DNA of 64,000 nt from contig NC_057718.1 of the NCBI RefSeq assembly GCF_004010195.1, forward strand, positions 66,535,351-66,599,350, in the 5' to 3' direction. Of this stretch, positions 12,991 to 25,840 are shown one piece after another. The stretch's first letter is position 1. Every line of letters starts with the position of its first letter. Origin of the DNA: Chiloscyllium plagiosum (taxonomy: Eukaryota). A model generated the notes under the pieces. That model ran no database searches, was not told the origin of the DNA, and saw only the letters and a program-made list of their open reading frames with translations. A program made the translations under genes and the position numbers.

Positions 12991-13784
12991 TCCCTTAATG
13001 AATTTGAATGGCTGTTTTGATAATTTCCTGTTGTCATTTCTTTTCTTTTACTGCATACCTAAGCCAAGGATGTTGTTTGAGAAAGGAACTATTTCAGGGT
13101 CTCCATACTTAGCACAGGGAAATGCAAATAAAGCCTCTTCTACCATATCCTAACAATATGCCTTGCTTCAAACTTCATTTGAGTGCAACAGCTATATCAA
13201 TATCATCCTTGTACCATATCCTACACTGATCATCCTGTCCTGCCTTTGAGAAAGATCATCAATTAGGGATACTACTGTGTGGGGAGACCCATGCCCCTGA
13301 GAAATGTGACTAATACTGTCTAATCATATCTGACATAAGATCATCACATTTAGAGGACTTTTGTCCCTTTTACTGAACTCCAGTATCCTTCAAGCATATT
13401 TATTTTAGGATGCAGATCAGATGATAATGTCTTTGAAAATTTCAAGGTTTCAATGACTGAATTACATTAAAGCCAGCTTAATTTTGTTTTTAGTTGCAAT
13501 TAATTGCTTGTTGTGGATCTATTTTATAGAATTCTTTTAGATTTTCATCAACTGAGGAAATGCTTAATTGCTGATGTCTTCGAAAGAAACTGTGAATTTT
13601 CAGGTTTAGGAACAAACAGTAGATAAAATAATCCCAGAGCGTGTTCAGATGTTTAAAAGGATTGATGAAGTGAAGTACTAAGTAATGGTAGAATGCTTGA
13701 ATATAATACAAAAGTACTTAAAATGTTTTAAGATGAATGAAGGTTTCATAATTTTTGGATGATTTATGGTTGTATCTTTTATAG

Positions 13785-13853
13785 GATCTGAATTGTCTGT
13801 TTGAAGTATACCTGGATCCCCTACAAAATGAGACTTTCTTAACACAGGATGAG
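13785..13853 (+). CDS. TIAM2: TIAM2 coding exon (DH)
   Basis: ttttatag|GAT...GAG|gtatga; DLNCLFEVYLDPLQNETFLTQDE; 69 bp; too short for the ORF track, found by reading. Confidence 0.95.
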
Positions 13854-14129
13854 GTATGATGTTAGAATGTTTATTTTCAGAACACTTGTGTTTAAGGCCT
13901 TTGCCTATTGTTTTCACGACAACCGTTAGTTTATGCGAACATTTCTTTCTCCTCGCGTCCTGTTATTCTGCTTCACATCTGCCATTATTACCCCTTGACT
14001 CCATCTTTCTCACTGGCCACCATCTCTAACTACCATTTTCTGTCAAGTCTGAAACACATTGTTTTCCAAATCCATGCCCTTTTTTTTTGGAACTGCATGG
14101 TTAAATTCTTGAAATAAGGATTCTAAATA

Positions 14130-16912
14130 GTACCAAAATAGGTCATATCAAACGCTCAAAAAAGAAATGAGCTTGTGACACAGATTGAAATTGATAGGCA
14201 TGATGTGGTGGGCATCACGGAAAATGGCTGCAAGGGGATCAGGATTGGGAGCTGAATAGTCAAGATATACATCCTGCTGAAAAGATAGGCAGGTGAGCAG
14301 AGGGGGTGGAGTTGCCTTAATGCTAAAAAATTAAATTAAATCAATAGAAAGAAATAAAGTAGAGTCAAATAATGTAGAATCTGTTTGGGTAGAATTGAGG
14401 AACTGCAAAAGTAAAAAATAAACCATAGTTGGAGTTATGTACAGGCCTCCAACTAGTATTCAGGAGCTGGGGAGCAAGATGCACCAGAAGTTAGAAAAGA
14501 TGTGCAGGAAAGGCAAAGTTACAGTGATCATGGGGAATTTCAATATGCAGGTGGACTGGGAAAATCAGGTTGGTAGTGGATTGCAAGAAAAGGAATTTGT
14601 GGAATGTCTAGGCAATGGCTTTTTGGAGCAGCTTGTGGTGGGGCCCAGTAGGGCACAGGCAATACTGGATTTAATGCTTTGCAATGAGGCAGACATGATA
14701 AGGGAGCTTAAGGTGAAGGAACCCTTCAGAGGCAGTGACTATAATATGATTGAATTTACTCTGCAATTTGAGAGAGAGAAGATTAGAATCAGAGGAAATG
14801 TATTACAGCAGAATAAAGGCAAGTACAGAGGCATGAAGGAGAAGCTGGGTAGAATTGACTGGGAGATGAGCCTAGCAGGAAAGACAATGGAACAGCAATG
14901 GAAGGAGTACCTCAAAGTAATTCAGGATACACAGCAGAGATTCACCGTGAGGAAAAAGAAGCATGGTGCAGAGAGGATGAGGCAACCATGGCTGACTAGG
15001 GAAATCGGGGATAGCATTAAAGCAAAAGAGAAAGCATATAATGTGGTGAAGGGCAATGGGGAACCACAGAATTGGGAAGTTTACAAAGACCAACAGAGAG
15101 CAATGAAAAAATGGGGGCGAAGATTAAATATGAGGATAAGCTAGCCAGTAATATAAAGGAAGACTGTAAAAGAGTTTCTTTAGATCTATAAAGGGCAAAT
15201 GAGAGGCAAAAGTAGACATTGGGCTGCTGGAAAATGACACTGGAGAGATAGTAGTGGGGAACCAGGAAATAGCTGAGGAATTGAGTAATTACATTGCGAC
15301 GGACTTGACTGTGGAAACACTAGTAATATCCCAAAAATTCAAGAGTGAGGGAGCAGAACTGAGTATAGTGGCCATCAAAAAGGTGAAGATGCTAGAAAAA
15401 CGGAATGGCCTGAACCAGATGGACTCTAACCAAGAGTTCTAAAGGAGATAGCTGAAGAGAGTATGGAGGCATCAGTGATGATTTTTCAGGAATCGCTAAA
15501 TCAGGGAGGGTCCCAGAGGACTGGAAAATTGCTAATGAGCTACTCCTATTTAAAAAAGGGAGTAAGGCAAAATACGGAAAATTGCAGACCAATTAGCCTA
15601 ACCCCTCTCATGGGTAAGATCCTGGAATCCATTGTGAAGGATGAGATTTCTGAATTTGTGGAAGTGTATAGTAAAATAGAGCAAAGCCAGCAAGCTTTCA
15701 TCAAGGGCAGGTCAGACAAATCTGCTAGAATTCTTTGAGGAAATAATGAGCAGGTTAGACCAAGGAAAGCCAATGGATGTTATCTACCTGCACTTTAAGA
15801 AGGTTTTTGAGAAGGTAGCACACAGAAGACTACTAAGTAAGATAAGAGCCCCTGGTGTCAGAGGCAAGATGCTAGAAGCCTGGCTGTCTGGCAGAAAACC
15901 GAGAGTGAGGATAAAAGGGTCTTTCTCAGGATGGCAGTGACAAGTAGTGTTCTGCAAGTCTCCGTTTTGGGACCACAACTTTTCCTTTTATACATTAATA
16001 ATCTAGACGAAGGAGTAGAAGGCATTCTGGCTAAGTTTGCAGACAATACAAAGATAGCATTGAGGATGCGGCGAGACTGAAGAAGGATTTGGTCAGGTTA
16101 GGAGAGTGGGCAAAGAAGTGACAGCTGGAATACAATGTGGGAAATTCATGCACTTTGGAAAAATAGAGGCATGGACTTATTTCTAAATGGAGAGAAAATC
16201 CATAAGTCTAAAATGCAAAGAGACCTGGGAGTTCTAGTCCAGGATTCTCTCAAGGTAAACTTGCAGGTTGAGTCGATAGTTAAGAAAGCAAATGCAATGA
16301 TGGCATTTATTTTGAGAGGACTTGAATGTAAAAGCAGGGATGTACTTCTAGGGCTCTATAAGACGCTGGTTCGACCACATTTGGAGTATTGTGCACAGTT
16401 TTGGCTCCCACATCTCAGAAAGCATGTACTGGCCCTGAAGCGTTTCAGAGGAGGTTTACGAGAATGGTCCCAGGAACGAAAGGTTTAACATACAAGGAAT
16501 GTTTGAGGACTCTGGGTCTATACTTGATGCAGTTTAGAAGGTTGAGGGGGGATCTAATTGAAACTTACAGAATGCTGAAGGGCCTGGACAGAGTAAATGT
16601 TGGGAAGATATTTCTATTGGTAGGAGAAACTAGGACCAGAGGGCGCAGCCTTCAAGCAGAGGGAAGACCTTTTAGAATGGAGATAAGGAGAAACATATTT
16701 TCAGCCAGAGAGTGGTGAATCTATGGAATTCATTGCCACACAAGCTTGTGGAGACCAGGTCATTGAATATATTTAAGACTGAGTTCTTGCGTATCAAGGG
16801 TTATGGGTCAAAATTGGGAGAATGGGGATAAGAAACTTATCAGCCATGATTAAATGGCAGAGCAGACTCGATAGGCTGGATGGCTTAATTTCTGCTCCTA
16901 TGTCTTATGGTA
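14130..16912 (+). mobile_element. CR1 LINE ORF2 (APE endonuclease and RT) through 3' UTR, frameshifted
   Basis: YRPP..VIMGNFN..DW..LDL..SDYN (EN); NCRPISLT, DVIYLHFKKVF, LAKFADNTK and LVRPHLEYC (RT); tail ctcctatgtcttatgg. Confidence 0.95.
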
Positions 16913-17149
16913 TTCCCCAATGATCATTCTTGATTGCCTGATGTTTCTAAACTATGTCTTGCTCCTTTTTTTAAAAAAAAGTTTTGATATTGATCAAACT
17001 GGTTATCCAACATCCATTATTGAATTGTTTGGGTTAATTTTTGAAACTAAGGTTTAGGATGTTCCCTAAAACAAATTTTGTTCCCAATCACACTCTCCAT
17101 CACACTCCCTGCCAATTGATCTGAAATTAGTTTCTAAACAAACGTCTAC

Positions 17150-17445
17150 ACAAATTTCTGAACCTATCACTGCCTTTAGACTATTTGATGCTGAAACTCT
17201 ATGTACTTGACAATTTCAAGCTCATCTGGTTGGAATCCAAATCTACTCTGTATAAACTTGAGGTCATCCAAATTTCTGCTTGTCTTATGTCCCATTCATT
17301 CATTACACCTGTGCTCACTGATCTACATTGGTTCCTGCTCAAGCAATGCCTCAATTTAACTTTTTTGATCCTTGTTTTGAAGGCCCCCACCTCCCATGGA
17401 CTTTCCCTTGCCCAGCTCTTCTCCTCCAGCTATGAAACCCTGTAC
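17150..17445 (+). mobile_element. L2 LINE fragment (continues at about 20085-20395 and 22820-22890)
   Basis: LEVIQISA..ITPVLTDLHWFL..LILVLK is the L2 RT C-terminal motif; L2-type 3' end at 22830-22890. Confidence 0.65.
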
Positions 17446-20080
17446 GACCATAAGATACAAGAGTTGAAATAAGCCATTTGGCCCACCAAGTCTGATCCAC
17501 CATTCAATCATGGCTGATTTTTTTTTTCTCAACCTCATTTTTTTGCCTTTCCATAACCCTTGATCCCCTTACCAATCAAGAAACTGTCTATGTCTGTCTT
17601 GAATACACTCACTGATTTGGTCTCCACAGCCTTCTCTTGAAATGAGTTCCAAAGATTCACCACCCTCTGAAGAAATTCCTCCTTATCTCCGTTCTAATGG
17701 ATTGTCACTTCACTCTGAGGTTTTGCCCTTGGGTCCTTGTCTGTTTCCAGACCCCTCAGTGTTCTGTAAATTTCAATCAGATTCCATCACCCCCCCCCCC
17801 CCCTCCCCCAATCTGTTTTAACTTAATTAAGTACAGACCCAGAGTCCTCAACTGCTCCTCATGACAAGCACTTCATCCCTGGAATCGTTCTCATGGACCA
17901 TCTCTGGTCTCCTTTCAATGTCAGCGCACCAATCCTTGGCTATGGGACTCAAAACTACTTACAATACTCCAAATGCAATCTGACTAGAACCTTACACAGT
18001 CTCATCAGTATATCTCTGCTCTTGTATTCTTGTCCTCTTGATATGAATGCTAACATTGCATTTGCCTTCCTAACTGCCAGCCGAACTTGTACGTTAGCCT
18101 TAACAGAATCCTGAATGAGGAAACCCAAGTCCCGTTGCGTTTCAGATTTCCGAAGCCTTTTCCCATTTAGAAAACAGTCTATGCCTCTATTTCTACCAAA
18201 GTGCATAATCTCTCAATTTCCCACACAGTATTCCATCTGTCACTACTTTGCCCACTTTCCCAGCCTATCCAACTGCTTCTGCAGCTTCCCTGCTTTCTCA
18301 ACACTATCTGTCCCTTTATCTATTTTTGTGTCAGCTGCAAATGTAGCAAAAGTGGCCTTAGTTCCTTTGTCCAGATATTTAATGTTGTAATTGTAGTCCT
18401 AACATTGACCTTGTGGAACTGCACTAATCACTGGCTGCCATCCTGAAAAAAGCCCCTTTATCCCCATTCTCTACTTTCTGCCAGTCAGGGAATCCTATAT
18501 TCATGTCAGTACCTTGCCTCGAACACTATGGGCTCTTATTTAGCATCCTCCTATGAGGAATTTTGTCAAAGACCTTATGGAAATCAAAATAGATCACTGG
18601 CTTTCCTTTGTCTAACTTGTTAGTTACCACATCAATAGATTAGTCAGGCATGACCTTCCTTTAAAGCCATGCTAACTCAACCCTATTTTACTGTCCGTTT
18701 CCAAGTACTCCACAATCTCTTCATTAATGATCGATTCTAAAATCTTCCAAGGTTTGATTAACTTGCCTTGTTTCATATATTGCATATACTTATGTAGAAC
18801 AGTCTTATCCTGTGTTGACTGCCGTCCTTCTCATAGCTGTCCCTTCGTCTGTTGTGCCTGAACTTAGGTTCCTGATCCTTTCCATACACTGTCCTATTAT
18901 TTAATCCAGAAACTTTCATAATCCTTCTTGAGCAGCCCCCCTTAACTTCTGCCATGCTACAGAACCCACAGTCCCCCATTATTTAATTTAAGTCCTATCT
19001 ACAGCCCTAGTTTTGTGATTAGTCAGGACTCTGGTCCCAGCATAATTCAGGCGGAGCCTGTCCCACTGGATCAGTTCTCTCCTTCCCTAGTACTTGTGCC
19101 AATGTCCCATGAGCTCAAACCCATTTCTCCTACTCTCTGATCTTGGAGCCATGCGTTTATCTCTTTAATCTTGTTGACCTGTGTCAATATCCTCATGGCT
19201 AAGGTAGTAATCTGGAGATTATTACGTTTTTGGTTCTGCACTTCAATTTAGTTGCCTCATTTTCTTGACAGAACCTCTTTATTAGTGGTACTTATGTGAG
19301 CATGACAATTGAATCTTTCCCCCTCCCACTCCTTCTGCAGAAGTTCTTCTGCAGCCCAGATGAGATTGCCTGCCTGGTGCCCAGATTCAGCATATGCAGG
19401 ACTTCAGGACTCTCGATCTGCCCCAGAGAGCTGTGTCTATTCCCCTGACTATACTGACCCCAATTAGAACTACATTTCTGTTTTCACTCCTCTCTTCAAC
19501 ATTTCCCTAGACTTCAGTGCTACAGTAAGTTTGCTTATCCTCCTCCGAGCCCATCACACTCATCCCCACAGGGAGCAATAATCTCAAATTGGTTGACAAA
19601 CTCCAAGGATTGAGGCTTCTTCAGCACCACCTCTTGGTTCCCTCTACCTGCTTCACACGTAGTCACACACTCCTGTACTTGACCACTGACCAAATTTGAG
19701 GCAGATGATCTAACAGGTGTGACTGCCACCTGAAACAGCCCCTCCCTGATGAGTTGCAGTGTTCGATGCTCAGACTCCAGCTTATCAACTCTGAGCCAGA
19801 GTGCCTGAAGCAACCAACACTTGCTACAGATGTGGTAACTATGAACTGCAGTGGGGTCCAGAGCTCCCATGTCATGCAAATGCAACACCTCACCTGGCCC
19901 AGTACCTCCTGTTTTATTTACAGAGTTCTAAATTTGACTTTTTAAAATTTCCTATTGGTCTTTTAGCTTGTAACCTGTAGATGTTTTTCCAATTTACGTT
20001 CAATCTGAAAGTAACATGTAATAGTCAAATTAGTAGCTATCACCAATCAATTAGCTTACGTTTTCCTATGATGTCGCTCT
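17446..20080 (-). mobile_element. CR1 LINE with esterase-type ORF1 and a large internal deletion
   Basis: 3' UTR at 17446; RT motifs KANAMLAFISRG and LVRLHLEYC; ORF1 remnants HICSKCWLLQALWLRVDKLE and VVLIGVSIVRGID (GDS-like motif). Confidence 0.88.
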
Positions 20081-20395
20081 TTTGTGCTGGGCCCCCAATC
20101 CTGGACTTCAATTTCTTCTGTTTAAAAGACTGTACAAATTTGGCTATGTCTCACTCTGGATGTGATCTTTCTTTCCTGACCATGCGCAGCTGCACTCATC
20201 AAATGTTTAGCTTCTAAGTAATCTACAATTTAAATTACTCCAGTATTGTTGGTTGTGCTGCAAACTTCCCCAAGCTTGGTCATTCTTTGCCGAATTCCAT
20301 TACCCCTCCCCCCTTCTCCCCCCCCCACCCCCCCTCCTCACTTCACCATTTGCCATAATATTGCCATCTGTAGTATGTTGTCAATTCTTAATTTA

Positions 20396-22815
20396 TAAGA
20401 CCATAAAACATAGGAGCAGAAATCAGGCCATTCAGCCCATCAAGTCTGCTCCAACATTCTGTCTTGGCTGATATGTTTCTCAACCCCATTCTCCTTCTAA
20501 CCTTTGATCACTTGACAATCTTCTCTATCTCTGCCTTAAATATACTCCATGACCTGGCCTCCACAGTCTTCTGTAGCAATGAATTCTATAGATTCACCGC
20601 TGTCTGGCTAAAAAGGTTTCCTTTACTCGAAGGCTGTGTCCTCAAGTCTGTCCTGCTAATGGAAATATCTCCTCAACATCCACGGTATCCAGGCTATTCA
20701 GTAAGTTTCAGTTCAATTCCCCCCTCATCCTTCTAAACCCCATCGAGTATAGATCCAGAGTCCTCAACCATTCCTCATTTGTTAAGCTTTTTATTCCTGG
20801 GGGGTGATTATTGTGAACCTACTCCAGATCTGCTCCAGGGCCAGTGCGTCCTTCCCAAGATATGGAGCCTAAAATTGCTCTCAGAATTCTAAGTGTGTCT
20901 GACAGAGCATTATAGAGCCTCAGAAATATATCCCTACTTTTATATTCTAGTCCTCTTTAAATAAATGCCAATATTGCATATGCTTTCCTAACTACCAACT
21001 CAACTTGCAAGTTTAATCTTGAGAATCTTGGACTAGGACTCCTAAGTACTTTTGCACTTCCAATTTCTGAATTTTCTCCCTATTTAGAAAATAGTCTGTA
21101 CCTGTATTCTTCCTATCAAAGTGCATGGCCTTACACTTTCTCCATTGTATTCCATCTGTCACTTTTTTGCCCAAACTCTAAACTGTCTAAATCCTTCTGC
21201 AGTCTCCTTACTTCCTCAATACTACTTGTCTTCCTATCTATCTTTGTATCATTTCCAACCTTAGCTAGAATGCCCTCAGTTCCTTCATATAGATCATCAA
21301 CGTGTAAAGTGGTCCCAACACTGACCCTTGCCAACACCTCTAGTCGCTGGCTGCCATTCTGAAAAGATCTTTGTACCCCCACTCTCTGCTTTCTGCCAGA
21401 TGGCCAAGCTAGTATCTTGCCTCTAACACCCTGAGCTCTTATCTCACTCAACAGCCTCCTATGCAGCACTTTGTCAAAGGCCTTCTGGAAGTCCAAGTAG
21501 ATAATCTGCATTGGCTGTTCTTTGTCTAATCTGCTCGTTACATCCTCAGAATTCTAGCAGATTTGTCCGGCATGATCACCCCTTGATGAAACCATGCTGG
21601 TTTTGCCGTATTTTGCCATATACTTCCAAATATTCAGAAATCTTTTCCTTCTGAGTGGACTCTAAAATCTTACCACCGACCGAGATACAGGCTAATCAGC
21701 CTGTAACTTTCCATCTATTGCCTCACTTTGTTCTTAAACAGGGGGGTCTACATTAGCAATTTTCCAGTCCAGTGATTCAAATGATTTCTGAAAGATCATC
21801 ACTTACGTCTTCACTATCTCTTCAGCTTTCTCCATCAGATTCTGGGGTGTAGCCCATCTGGTCCAGGTGATTTATCCACCTTCAGGCCATTCAATTTTTC
21901 TGGCCTTCTCCTTTGTAATGGCCACCATACTCCCCTTTGCCCTCTGACCCTCTTAAAGTTTTGGCATGTTATTTGTCTTCCACCTTGAAGACTGATGCAA
22001 AGTACTTGTTCAGTTCCTTCACCATTTCTTTGTTCCCCATTAATATTTTTCCAAGGTCATTTTCCAGTGGCCCAAAGTCCAATTCTGTCCCTCTTTTATA
22101 TACCTAAAGAAAGTCTTGCAATCTTTTTCTTTGTTACTGGCTAGCTTACCCTCCTATTTAATCTTCTCCTTCCTTATTTCTTCTTCATCCTCTATTGGTC
22201 TTTGTAGGCTTTCCGGTCCCCTGACTTCCCATTGCCTTTTGCCGCATTATATGTTTTCTCTTTTGCTTTTATGCTGTCCCTGACTTCCCTGGTCAGCCAT
22301 GGTTGCCTCGTCCTCCCTTTTCCTTAGGGATGAATTTTTGCTGTGTCTCCCAAATTACTCCCAAAAGCTCCCTGCCATTGTTGTTCCACTGTCTTTCCTG
22401 CTAGGCTCTTCTCCCAGTCAATTCTGGCCAGCTTATGCCTGTGTTGTTACCTTTATTCAACTGTAATGCTATTCCATCTGATTCCAGCTTCTCCATCTCA
22501 AATTTTAGAGTAAATTATATCATATTATGGTCACTGCAGCCCTAAGGGTTCATTCATCTTTAGTTCCCTTCTCAGGTCTGCCTCATTTTACATCACTAAA
22601 TCCAGTATTCTCTGTTCCCTTGTGGGCTCTACCACAAACTGCTCCAAAAAGCCATCTCGTAGATATTCCACAAATACCTTTTCTTGCAATTCATTGCCAA
22701 CCTAATTTTCCCAGTCAACCTGCATATTGAAATTCCCCCATGATCACTGTAACCTTGCCTTTCTTACACTCCTTTTCTATCTCCTGCTGTATCCTTTTGC
22801 CCCACATCCTGACTA
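20396..22815 (-). mobile_element. CR1 LINE ORF2 remnant
   Basis: IYLDFQKAFDKVLHRRLL (ORF 21131..21511); EN region near 22500-22800; similar to the element at 14130-16912. Confidence 0.93.
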
Positions 22816-24107
22816 TTGCTATTTACAAATTGCGAAACACCTTCGAGACGCTTCATAATGTTAGATGCAATATAGATATATTTTGTTTTTAATGTAAATT
22901 CCTTGAGCACCTTTTAAAGAACAGCACAGCGCCTGTAGGGCAACGTCATGTTGCTACTTCTGACCCCACAGAGATATGAACGGTGGTTCCATTTAAGTGT
23001 TGGGTGAAAATATGATCATATCTGATCTTTCAAAATTACATGTTCAAAATGTTTAGGAAAACTTTTTGGGGCTTATTTCACGTCATTTGGTTTGAGTTCA
23101 CGCCTGGTTACAGTAATATTTCAGACAGCGTGAAGCCAAAACGATACAAGTCAAAAAGTAGTCTTGCCTAAAGCGTAATTTTGTTTAAATAGCCCTGTGT
23201 TTTTTGATATTGTAAAAGATGAATTTGTATGCCATTAAAGTTTTTATATTCTACTTAGAGTTGATTCCATGGTGAAATGGAAGTAACCAGAACAATGCAT
23301 TGCTAGCCAGCTGGATGACTGGTAAAATAAGTAAAATCTTCAGTGCAAATGGACTTCAATTAGACACATCCGTTTTAGCAGTTGCCTTGTTACATAGAAA
23401 TAGGAGCAGGAGTAGGTCTGTTCCACCATTCAATGGCTGATCTTTATCGTGGCCTCAGCTCCACTTAGCCACCCTCTTACCACAACCCTTAATTTTGAAC
23501 AGTAAAGGAATTATCTATCTTAGCTTTAAAAACATTAAATTTTTAACTTCACTGAGCATGGAATTCCACAGATTCACAACCATCTGGGTAAAGAAGTTCC
23601 TTCTCACTTTGATCCTAAATCTGCTCCCCCTAATTTTGAGGCTATGCCCGCTTGTCCTCGTTTCACCTGCTAGTGGAAACATCCACTCGACTTCTATCTA
23701 ATCTATTCCCTTCATAATTTTTTATGTTTCTATAAGACCCCCTCATTCTTTTAAATTCCATTGAATATAATTGTAGTCTACTCAGTCTCTCCTCGTAAGC
23801 CAACCTCCTTAATTCTGGAATTAACCTTGTGAACGACCTCTGCACCTCCTCTAGTGCCAGTATATCTTTTCTCGAATAAGGAGACCAAAACTGTACACAG
23901 TACTCCAGGTGTGGCCTCCCAGCATTCTATACAGCTGCAAGATAACTTCCCTGCTTTTAAATTCAATCCCTTTGCCAATGAAAGACAAAATTCCATTTGC
24001 CGCCTTAATTTCCTGTTTAACCTACTGACCAACCTTCTTTGATTCATGCACAAGGATACCCAAGTCCCTCTGCATGGCAGCATGCTGCAAGTTTTTACAA
24101 TTCAAAT

Positions 24108-24546
24108 TGTTACGACATGGTGGTGGATCCTTCTGCTAATTAAACCAACACACAGGAAAACTCACCTGGCCTCATCATCTGTTAAAGTATGAGTGACGAA
24201 GAACTCCCCAAATTCCACTATTTAAAGAAAAATATCATTTTTTTCTTTAACTCTAAAAGTGAACATTAAACAAAAACTATTTACAACTCTAAGCTTCCTT
24301 TTTCTTAAAGGTTTGTTATCTACCTCCAACTCTATTACAGTATACTGATCCAGTAAAAGCCCCTTTTAAAATTATATCAACTTAATTTTTCAAATCAGAC
24401 AGCGGCTGTCATCATTGGCATCTGTTTTCCTCTGGCTGTAGATCTCCCTGAGTCATCTTTGGTTTTTTGCTGCAAAAGGTTTTGTATGAAAAAGGTACCT
24501 TTTGATAGTGTTTTGAATGGCAGTCTCTCTTGCCGCCCTGCTCTCG

Positions 24547-24601
<55 letters not shown>

Positions 24602-24934
24602 CCCCCCCCCCCCCCCTCTCCCCTTCTCCCTCCCTCTCTAGATGGTAGGTTGTTGCTGTCTTTCTGGATAACACTCAAAATACTGACTTATTTATACCCC
24701 AAACATCAGATCATCTCATTGGTTCGATGTTGTCAAAATAATAAAATTCAGCTTTGATTGGGTTTTAGTACGCTGGGGCATAATTTAATCTGGTTAAGTT
24801 TGAACTGTTGTGAGCACAGCAGCCAAATGTTAAATATTTTCAATTGTCCACTACACTTTGAGACTGTAAACACTGTCTTACAATAGCTTTCACTCTCTCT
24901 TAAAGGTATAGTACACGCCTTTCACTTCATTACA
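24108..24934 (-). mobile_element. solo LTR (Gypsy-like), 827 bp, 4-bp TSD AAAT
   Basis: TGTTACGA...TCATTACA termini; aaat at 24104-24107 and 24935-24938; the host CR1 rejoins across it; minus-strand CCAAT x2 and TATAAA (24691-24696). Confidence 0.8.
24541..24616. repeat. (CTCTCG)2-(CT)n-polyC compound microsatellite inside the LTR
   Basis: direct reading. Confidence 0.95.
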
Positions 24935-25840
24935 AAATAATAATCCTTTTTACTGTTGTTCCTACCAAAATGGATGACTTTACAGTTAATAATATTGTAC
25001 TCCATCTGCAAGACCTTTGCCCACTCACTTAAACTATCTATTGTCCCTCTGCAAAGTTTCACAGTCCTCTGCAAACTTTGCTGTACCACTCACCTTATTG
25101 TCATCCGCAAACTTTGACATAATGTACGTGGTCCCCAACTCTAAATCATCTATGTAAATTGTGAATAATTGCAGTCCCAATGCTGATTCCTGAGGTACAC
25201 TACTAGTGCCAACCAGAAAAATGCTCATTTATCCCCACTCTTTGCTTCCTGTTCTCTATCCATGCTAATACATTACCCGTAATGCCATGCATTTTTATCT
25301 TTTGCAGCAGTTTTTTGTGCAGCACCTTTTAGAAATCTAGATATACCACGTCTACTGTGTCCCTGTTGTCTACTATGCTCCTGATATCGTCTTAGAATTC
25401 CAGTAGGTTAGTTAAGTGTGACCTGCCTTTCATGAACCCATGCTGCTTCTGCCCAACAGGACAGTTTCTGTCTCAATGCCTTGCTATTTCTTCCTTGATA
25501 ATAGATTCAAGCATTTTCCGCCTACAGAAGTTCAGGTAACTGGTCTATAATTCCTCATCTTTCATCTACCTCCTTTTTTTAAGCAGTGGCATCACATTTA
25601 TTGTTTCCTAATCTGCTGGAACTGCCGCAGAGTCTAGCGAATTTTGGAAAATTACCGCAAGTGCATTTGTTATTTCTCTTGCCGTCTCTTTTAGCATCCT
25701 GGGATGCGTTCCATTAGGGCCAGGAAACTTATCTACCTTTAGGTCCATTAGCTTGCCCAACACCACTTCTTCCGTGATAACAAATGTTTCCAAGTCCTCA
25801 TCTATCTTACGTTTTGCTATTCTTATGCACACTAGGTGTC

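Larger units (their letters stand above)
23392..25800 (-). mobile_element. CR1 LINE interrupted by a solo LTR
   Basis: QRSFTRLIP, VPQESALGLQLFTIYIDDL..SKFADDNK and DKFPGPNGTHPRMLKE. Confidence 0.92.

Noticed and set aside
14437..16718. Functional retrotransposon ORFs (this CR1 and the L1 at 43151-48047)
   Set aside because: Multiple stops, frameshifts and deletions; no intact ORF2
24412..24757. ORFs with poly-RE or poly-SL tracts
   Set aside because: They are translations of the (CT)n/poly-C microsatellite inside a solo LTR
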